Source: Chlamydiales bacterium
Lineage (GTDB): Bacteria > Chlamydiota > Chlamydiia > Chlamydiales > JBDQID01
Reading direction: 5' to 3'
Assembly: GCA_047611865.1 (NCBI GenBank)
Contig: JBLFWS010000101.1
Coordinates: 1-12,435 of the forward strand
DNA length: 12,435 nucleotides
Shown: positions 7,330 through 12,435 of the stretch, piece after piece
Numbering within the stretch: position 1 is the first letter of the stretch
How the letters are laid out: each line of letters begins with the position of its first letter
The notes under the pieces: generated by a model
Told to the model about the DNA's origin: nothing
The model's database searches: none
What the model saw: the letters and a program-made list of their open reading frames with translations, nothing else
Translations under genes and position numbers: made by a program

Positions 7330-7370
7330 GATAAGGGATCGTAGTTTTGTCTATCCCTATCTTGTGTTTT
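7330..7370 (+). terminator. Possible intrinsic terminator after smc
   Basis: GATA(A)GGGAT (7330-7339) pairs with ATCCCTATC (7353-7361), followed by TTGTGTTTT. Large loop and interrupted U tract. Confidence 0.35.
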
Positions 7371-7423
7371 CGATTATTATATTTTCCACATTTCACAATT
7401 TACGAAACAAGGGGCATGAGATT

Positions 7424-8539
7424 ATGCTTATTGGTGTACCTAAGGAAATAAAAGATCAAGAATACAGAGTAGGTGCTACACCTGAAATGGTGCGGACATT
7501 TGTAGAGGCAGGACACATAGTGAAAGTCCAAAGCTCCGCTGGAAAACGGATTGGTTTCTTCGACGAAATGTATGCAGATGCGGGAGCCTCTATTGTAGAG
7601 AGGTCTGAGCAAGTTTATGACAGCGAAATGATCATTAAGGTCAAAGAACCTCAGGCTTCGGAATATCCCTTATTAAAAGAAGGGCAGATTCTCTTCTGTT
7701 ATTTGCACCTTGCTCCAGATCCTGTGCAGACAGAAAATCTTCTGAAAAGTAAGTGCGTTGGAATTGCTTTTGAGACGGTGACGGATGCTTCGGGAAGAAA
7801 TCTTCCTCTCCTTATACCCATGAGTGAAATAGCTGGTCGTATTTCGATTCAAGCTGGGGCAACTGCTTTGCAGATGGCTTATGGAGGGAAAGGGATCTTG
7901 ATGGGAGGAGTTCCAGGAGTTCCTCCTGCGAAGGTGGTGATTCTTGGGGGAGGAGTTGCCGGAACTCAGGCAGCTAGAGTTGCCCTGGGATTGGGTGCTC
8001 ATGTGACAATCCTGGATATCGACCTGCCAAGACTTAGACAACTTGATAGTATGTATGGTCCTGCGTTGACGACAATATATTCTACGACTTCTTCTATTGA
8101 GGAGTATGTTCTCCAAGCGGATTTACTTGTGGGTGCTGTGTTAATACCAGGGAAAAAGGCTCCAAGTTTGGTTTCCAAAGAAATGATCAAAGCCATGTCT
8201 CCAGGTTCTGTTGTAGTAGATGTGGCGATTGATCAGGGAGGATGTATTGAGACTTCAAGACCTACGACTCACACTAATCCTACGTATATTGTAGACGATG
8301 TGGTGCACTACTGTGTGGCTAATATGCCTGGAGCTTGCGCGCGGAGTTCTACTGAGGCCTTGGGGCATGCTACGCAAAGCTATGCTCTTAAAATCGCTAA
8401 TTTGGGCTATAATAAGGCCCTGAGGAATGAGCCAGGTCTGCGAGCAGGCTTAAATGTATGGTTTGGGGAAGTAACAAATGAAAACGTGGCAGTGGATCTG
8501 AACTACGAGTTCAGATGTCCTGAAACTGTACTGGTATAG
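7424..8539 (+). CDS. ald: Alanine dehydrogenase
   Basis: MLIGVPKEIKDQEYRVG, IKVKEP, FCYLHLA, LPLLIPMSEIAGR, Rossmann GGGVAG, GAVLIPG, VDVAIDQGGC, HYCVANMPG. True start is ATG 7424 (AAGGGG SD at 7409-7414), giving 371 aa, rather than TTG 7328. Confidence 0.97.
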   Translation: MLIGVPKEIKDQEYRVGATPEMVRTFVEAGHIVKVQSSAGKRIGFFDEMYADAGASIVERSEQVYDSEMIIKVKEPQASEYPLLKEGQILFCYLHLAPDPVQTENLLKSKCVGIAFETVTDASGRNLPLLIPMSEIAGRISIQAGATALQMAYGGKGILMGGVPGVPPAKVVILGGGVAGTQAARVALGLGAHVTILDIDLPRLRQLDSMYGPALTTIYSTTSSIEEYVLQADLLVGAVLIPGKKAPSLVSKEMIKAMSPGSVVVDVAIDQGGCIETSRPTTHTNPTYIVDDVVHYCVANMPGACARSSTEALGHATQSYALKIANLGYNKALRNEPGLRAGLNVWFGEVTNENVAVDLNYEFRCPETVLV

Positions 8540-8547
8540 GAATCAAG

Positions 8548-11364
8548 GTGAATATGAAGGATCAATCTCGTTATGTTATTGGAATAGATCTTGGAACAAC
8601 AAACAGTTGTGTTTCTTTTGTAGATTGTGACAGGGAGAAAAACCCCGGCCTCTCTATTCGCCTTTTTCCTATACTTCAGGCATCTCTTAAGGGTGTTGTG
8701 GAGGCTAAAACAACGCTTCCATCTTTTTGCTATCTTTCTAGAAAAGATGAATTTAGTAAAGGCACCCTGGATCTCCCTTGGGCACAAGAACGAGATTTTG
8801 TAACAGGTGTTTTTGCTCAAGAGCAAGGAGGTAAAGTTCCATCTCGTTTGGTACAGTCAGCAAAAAGTTGGCTGTGCAATCGTGCAGCAGATCGAAGAGA
8901 TAAGATTCTTCCATGTGAAGCAGGTGAGGAAGTAAAGCGCTTGAGTCCCGTAGAGGCCACAGCCCACTACTTGCGACACATTAAGGATGCCTGGAACCAC
9001 GTCATAGCAAAAGGGGATCCTAAGGAAGAGTTTGAACAGCAAGAAATCATTCTTACTGTTCCAGCTTCTTTTGATGAAGTTGCCAGATCACTCACCGTTG
9101 AGGCGGCTAAGCAAGCTGGCTTTGTGAATATGACATTGCTAGAGGAGCCTCAAGCGGCCTTTTATCATTGGATTTCTGATCAAAAGGAGACCTTTGACAA
9201 GACATTAAAGCTTGGTGATCAGGTTGTGGTGTGTGACGTAGGTGGGGGTACGTGTGATTTCAGCCATATAGAAGTCAAAAGTGACGATGAGGGTGCACTA
9301 AGTTTTCACCGCATGGCCGTTGGTCGGCACCTATTGCTCGGTGGTGATAATATGGATGGGGCTATTTGTCATTATCTCGAGGGTAAGTTTAAAAAAGAGG
9401 GGCACGGGGAGTTAGATCCAGATCAGTGGCTACAGATGAAGCATCACTCCCGCGTTGCAAAGGAATATTTGTTGCAGGGTATATCGGAAGATGACGCGAG
9501 CTATGTGGTGACATTGCAAGGCTCTGGAAGTAGCGTGGTGTCAGGTAGCATAAGTACTCACATCACTCGTGGAGAACTCGAGAGCTTTCTTTTAGACGGT
9601 TTTTTCCCAATTCAGGATTTGACGGAAGCTATGCAGCTGAGGAAGGGAACGGGTGTACGAACGATGGGGCTACCTTACGAGAGTGAGCCTTCGATTACAA
9701 AACACCTTGCCACGTTTTTGCATTCAGCAAATCTTTGTGGAAAAGATTGTGAAAAGAAGACCAATTACCTCCTCTTTAATGGCGGGTGTATGAAGCCTTT
9801 GATTTTTAAGGAAAGAATCTTGAGCGCTGTAGCTCAGTGGTCTGGGGGAGAGCCTCCAGCTATACTTCCCTCTGATAGTCTCGATACCGCTGTAGCTAGA
9901 GGTGCAGCTTATTTCGGCAAGGTGCGTCGAGGTTTGGGTTGTCGTATTGGAGGGGGATCCCCTCGAGGTTACTACCTTGCAATTGATGTGAAGGGGAAAA
10001 AGGGAGAAGTCGAAAAGAAGGCTTTAACTTTACTTCCAAGGGGTACAGAAGAGGGCTCTTCATATGAGCCAGATCAACAGTTTTGGATGACCCCAAATAC
10101 TCCGGTTTTATTTGAGGTGCTGACCTCTAATACGCGCTTGAATGACAAAAAAGGGCAGCTTGTTCCACTAGAAGAAGAAGATTTTTCTGAACTTCTTCCT
10201 CTTCATACGATATTGCGCTTCGGAAAGAAGGGTTTTGGTGATAGTCATGGAAAGGTTCCAGTATCTTTAGGAATAAAACTTAGTGAGATAGGAACTCTTG
10301 ATCTTTGGTTAAAATCTGTAGAGACTGAACACAAGTGGAACCTTAGTTTTCAACTTCGTAACGCTTCTGGTCAAGATGATAGTATTAGAGCTTCAGGGGA
10401 TGGACGTAAAGATGAGACCTTTGATTCAAGTTATCTGGAGGAGGCTCGGCAGTATATTAAGAAAACCTATAGTGATAATCACGGGGTAAAACCTACGCAA
10501 TTGATGAATCAACTGGAAGGAATCTTGGAGAAGCCAAAAGACAGTTGGGCTCCGAGTAGTCTTAGGGAACTTTGGGAGGCCCTTCACCAAGAAGCCCCAA
10601 AGAGAGGGAAGTCTTCTGAGCACGAAGCTCGATGGTGGAATTTAACGGGATTTTGTGCACGACCGGGTTTTGGATATCCTCTTGACGATTTTCGCATTAA
10701 AGAGCTTTGGAAGATAATCCTTGGAGATTACAAAAAGAAAAAAGATCACAACTGTTCCGTGCAAAGATGGATATGTTTCAGGCGTATTGCTGGAGGCTTA
10801 AATAAAGGGCAGCAGATGCAGCTAGCAAGAGAGATTATTCCTACCCTGATGGATGCAAAGTCCAATGTCTTCAGAGAAATTGGAACTGAGAACGCTTATG
10901 AATATGCCGAGAAAATACGTGCTCTGGGGGCTATGGAGCTATTGGAAAGAGGTGTGAAAGAGCGTTTAGGTAATGCATTGATCGAGCGTATTTATGCTGA
11001 CAAAGCCCTGTCTTGTGAATATTGGGCACTTGCCCGGATAGGTGCCAGGCATCTTATATACGGATCTGTTGGATCTGTTGTCTCTAGAAAAACTTGTTCA
11101 AGATGGGTGGAAAGGCTTATCCGTTCTGGACGTGCAGATTCAGAACGTCTGTTCTTTGTGTTTTGGCAGCTTGCAAGAAAGGTAGATCAGAGGGAACTTA
11201 ATCTACAGGAGTCTTTAATTGAGAGAATTAAAGAACAGTTTTCTTCTTCAGAGGAGAAATATCGCTTTATGTCCCTGGTCAATGGGGATAATGCCTTGAC
11301 AAAAGAAGAAGAAGAGCAAGTTTTTGGTGATCAATTGCCTTCTGGACTTTCTCTCTCTTGTTAA
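8548..11364 (+). CDS. DnaK-related Hsp70-family protein with non-canonical C-terminal domain (DUF3731-like)
   Basis: Hsp70 ATPase motifs IGIDLGTTNS, SAKSWL, LTVPASFD, LLEEPQAA, DVGGGTCD, LGGDNMD, LFNGG, AVARGAA. No DnaK linker or substrate-binding domain. Trp-rich helical C-terminus (HEARWWNLTGFCARPGFGYPLDDFRI, WALARIGAR, FGDQLPSGL). Start may be ATG 8554. Confidence 0.85.
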   Translation: MNMKDQSRYVIGIDLGTTNSCVSFVDCDREKNPGLSIRLFPILQASLKGVVEAKTTLPSFCYLSRKDEFSKGTLDLPWAQERDFVTGVFAQEQGGKVPSRLVQSAKSWLCNRAADRRDKILPCEAGEEVKRLSPVEATAHYLRHIKDAWNHVIAKGDPKEEFEQQEIILTVPASFDEVARSLTVEAAKQAGFVNMTLLEEPQAAFYHWISDQKETFDKTLKLGDQVVVCDVGGGTCDFSHIEVKSDDEGALSFHRMAVGRHLLLGGDNMDGAICHYLEGKFKKEGHGELDPDQWLQMKHHSRVAKEYLLQGISEDDASYVVTLQGSGSSVVSGSISTHITRGELESFLLDGFFPIQDLTEAMQLRKGTGVRTMGLPYESEPSITKHLATFLHSANLCGKDCEKKTNYLLFNGGCMKPLIFKERILSAVAQWSGGEPPAILPSDSLDTAVARGAAYFGKVRRGLGCRIGGGSPRGYYLAIDVKGKKGEVEKKALTLLPRGTEEGSSYEPDQQFWMTPNTPVLFEVLTSNTRLNDKKGQLVPLEEEDFSELLPLHTILRFGKKGFGDSHGKVPVSLGIKLSEIGTLDLWLKSVETEHKWNLSFQLRNASGQDDSIRASGDGRKDETFDSSYLEEARQYIKKTYSDNHGVKPTQLMNQLEGILEKPKDSWAPSSLRELWEALHQEAPKRGKSSEHEARWWNLTGFCARPGFGYPLDDFRIKELWKIILGDYKKKKDHNCSVQRWICFRRIAGGLNKGQQMQLAREIIPTLMDAKSNVFREIGTENAYEYAEKIRALGAMELLERGVKERLGNALIERIYADKALSCEYWALARIGARHLIYGSVGSVVSRKTCSRWVERLIRSGRADSERLFFVFWQLARKVDQRELNLQESLIERIKEQFSSSEEKYRFMSLVNGDNALTKEEEEQVFGDQLPSGLSLSC

Positions 11365-11365
11365 T

Positions 11366-11376
11366 TGTGGTACAAT
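11366..11376 (+). promoter_or_regulatory. Extended -10 promoter candidate for the SWIM/SNF2 gene
   Basis: TGTG-G-TACAAT (TRTGn plus a -10 with one mismatch to TATAAT) in the 45-nt intergenic gap. Confidence 0.45.
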
Positions 11377-11409
11377 ATTCAGATTTTGAAATATCAGCTT
11401 GCAGGGGAT

Positions 11410-12435
11410 ATGAAAGCGGCGGATCTATTTGACGACTATAGGGTGATAGCTGAGGAATACCTCGATAAAGGTTATGTTGGTGAGCTTAGCTTTTCTGGGA
11501 GAACTTACCAGATTCAAGTTAAGGACGAGCAGAGTGGAGAAGAAATTTGGCCTTTCATGCAGTTCAGCGAAGAGGGCTTGATTAAAGATTATTTTTGCTC
11601 TTGTCCTGCAGCTGAAGAAGCTCCAGCTTGTGAACACCTTGCAGCAGCTTGCATGAGGATTTTTAACGGTCATCCTGACCCTTTGCATCTTCGTTTTAAA
11701 GAGTCTTTATGGAATCAACTCTGTGAACTGTATGCCTTTCGGCAAGGTTTCGATACTGATGTCCTGAAAAAGATCGGAGAAGGACACTATGTTTGTGAAG
11801 CAGTTTCAGGCAAAACCCTGTTTTTTGTTAGGGGGAAATCTGAAGATGCCAATAGGCGCTTGAAAATCATAATCGACGAACGAACGGTTGAGACGGAGGA
11901 GACTTCCCTGAAGTTTTCTGACCTTAGCCAGGAAGACATTGCCCTATGGCGAGAGGGTCGTCCTAGAGCCCCCCTGCGATATGAGTTGTCCTTTTGGTCT
12001 GACTTCGCTAAGTGGCTTATGTGGAGGCAAGATGTTCGTGATTCGTACGAAATTAACTTTCGCTTCGATGACGAGGGTATCCCTAATCAAATATGGATTG
12101 ATTTTGAAGATCTTTCCTTAGCATTCTATGTTTCAGAAGCGAATCTTCCGGGGATAATTCCTTCTTTGTCCACTGTGGACACTACCTTGCCTGTTTATAA
12201 CTTCAATGAAGAAGCTATCGAAGAAATCTCTTACGATGAAAACAACAAACAATTGTTGATAAAGCTTCGAGAGGAGTTGGTGGAGCAAAGCAAAGACATT
12301 TCAAATAGCACTCAAGGACCAACAGAGAAATACTATTTTGGTGACTGGTTATATGTTCCTAATGATGGTTTTTACTTTCGTGGAGAACATAGCTTATTAG
12401 CACTACCTATTGTTGATACAATCGATATCCCAGCA
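11410..12435 (+). CDS. SWIM zinc-finger protein, probable N-terminus of a chlamydial SNF2/SWI2-family helicase (partial, runs off the window)
   Basis: Not in the ORF track. Open for 342 codons from ATG 11410: MKAADLFDDYRVIAEEYLDKG...YFCSCPAAEEAPACEHLAAA...PLHLRFKESLWN...LRYELSFWSDFAKWL. SWIM motif CxC-x8-CxH at 11596-11637. From recall, it resembles the N-terminus of the Chlamydia CT555-type SNF2 helicase; the helicase motifs lie beyond the window. Confidence 0.78.
   Translation, partial: MKAADLFDDYRVIAEEYLDKGYVGELSFSGRTYQIQVKDEQSGEEIWPFMQFSEEGLIKDYFCSCPAAEEAPACEHLAAACMRIFNGHPDPLHLRFKESLWNQLCELYAFRQGFDTDVLKKIGEGHYVCEAVSGKTLFFVRGKSEDANRRLKIIIDERTVETEETSLKFSDLSQEDIALWREGRPRAPLRYELSFWSDFAKWLMWRQDVRDSYEINFRFDDEGIPNQIWIDFEDLSLAFYVSEANLPGIIPSLSTVDTTLPVYNFNEEAIEEISYDENNKQLLIKLREELVEQSKDISNSTQGPTEKYYFGDWLYVPNDGFYFRGEHSLLALPIVDTIDIPA

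Noticed and set aside
7328..7423. Hydrophobic 32-aa extension (signal-like) on Ald
   Set aside because: TTG start in AT-rich intergenic DNA. ATG 7424 has an SD and matches the canonical Ald N-terminus and length.
185..11364. Selenocysteine (in-frame TGA) recoding, prompted by selU and serS
   Set aside because: All seven complete genes end in TAA or TAG and are full length. No TGA-interrupted frame or tRNA-Sec was seen.
11362..11412. Hsp70-like ORF and SWIM/SNF2 ORF are in the same frame, separated only by one TAA and 15 open codons (possible read-through fusion)
   Set aside because: TAA-T is a strong stop, the Hsp70-like protein ends at a family-like C-terminus (LPSGL), the gap contains a promoter-like motif, and such phasing is plausible by chance.
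333..12121. Short alternative-frame and antisense ORFs (e.g. 521-793, 1539-1916, 4207-4593, 7673-8116, 8503-8826, 11425-11688, 11939-12121)
   Set aside because: All lie within or across well-supported genes, lack recognisable motifs, and are expected shadow ORFs.
3734..12435. Wadjet/MksBEF-type or other SMC-based defence system
   Set aside because: The SMC is a canonical Smc-ScpAB-type subunit with no flanking kleisin, kite or nuclease genes, and its neighbours are housekeeping genes.

Overview
Chromosomal window from what is most likely an environmental member of the phylum Chlamydiae. This is inferred from the chlamydial-type SerRS and from the N-terminus of a chlamydial SWIM/SNF2 helicase. 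The minus strand carries a tight operon, serS - mnmH(selU) - azlC - azlD, behind a near-consensus TTGACA-17-TATACT promoter. The plus strand, transcribed divergently, carries smc (1188 aa, hinge lacking several conserved glycines), ald, a 938-aa DnaK-related Hsp70 protein with a non-canonical C-terminus, and a 3'-truncated SWIM-zinc-finger/SNF2 gene (11410 onward) missing from the ORF track. No tRNA, rRNA, CRISPR array or transposase was found. The most unusual signals are outside the protein annotation. First, a cluster of outward-facing GC-rich mini-hairpins at 1-168 is flanked by an extreme local strand skew that decays with distance: 72 of 73 non-Met azlD codons at 215-442 end in A/C. Second, the smc leader can form two mutually exclusive hairpins, one of which hides the Shine-Dalgarno. 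Third, a SelU with an altered P-loop is co-transcribed with serS.
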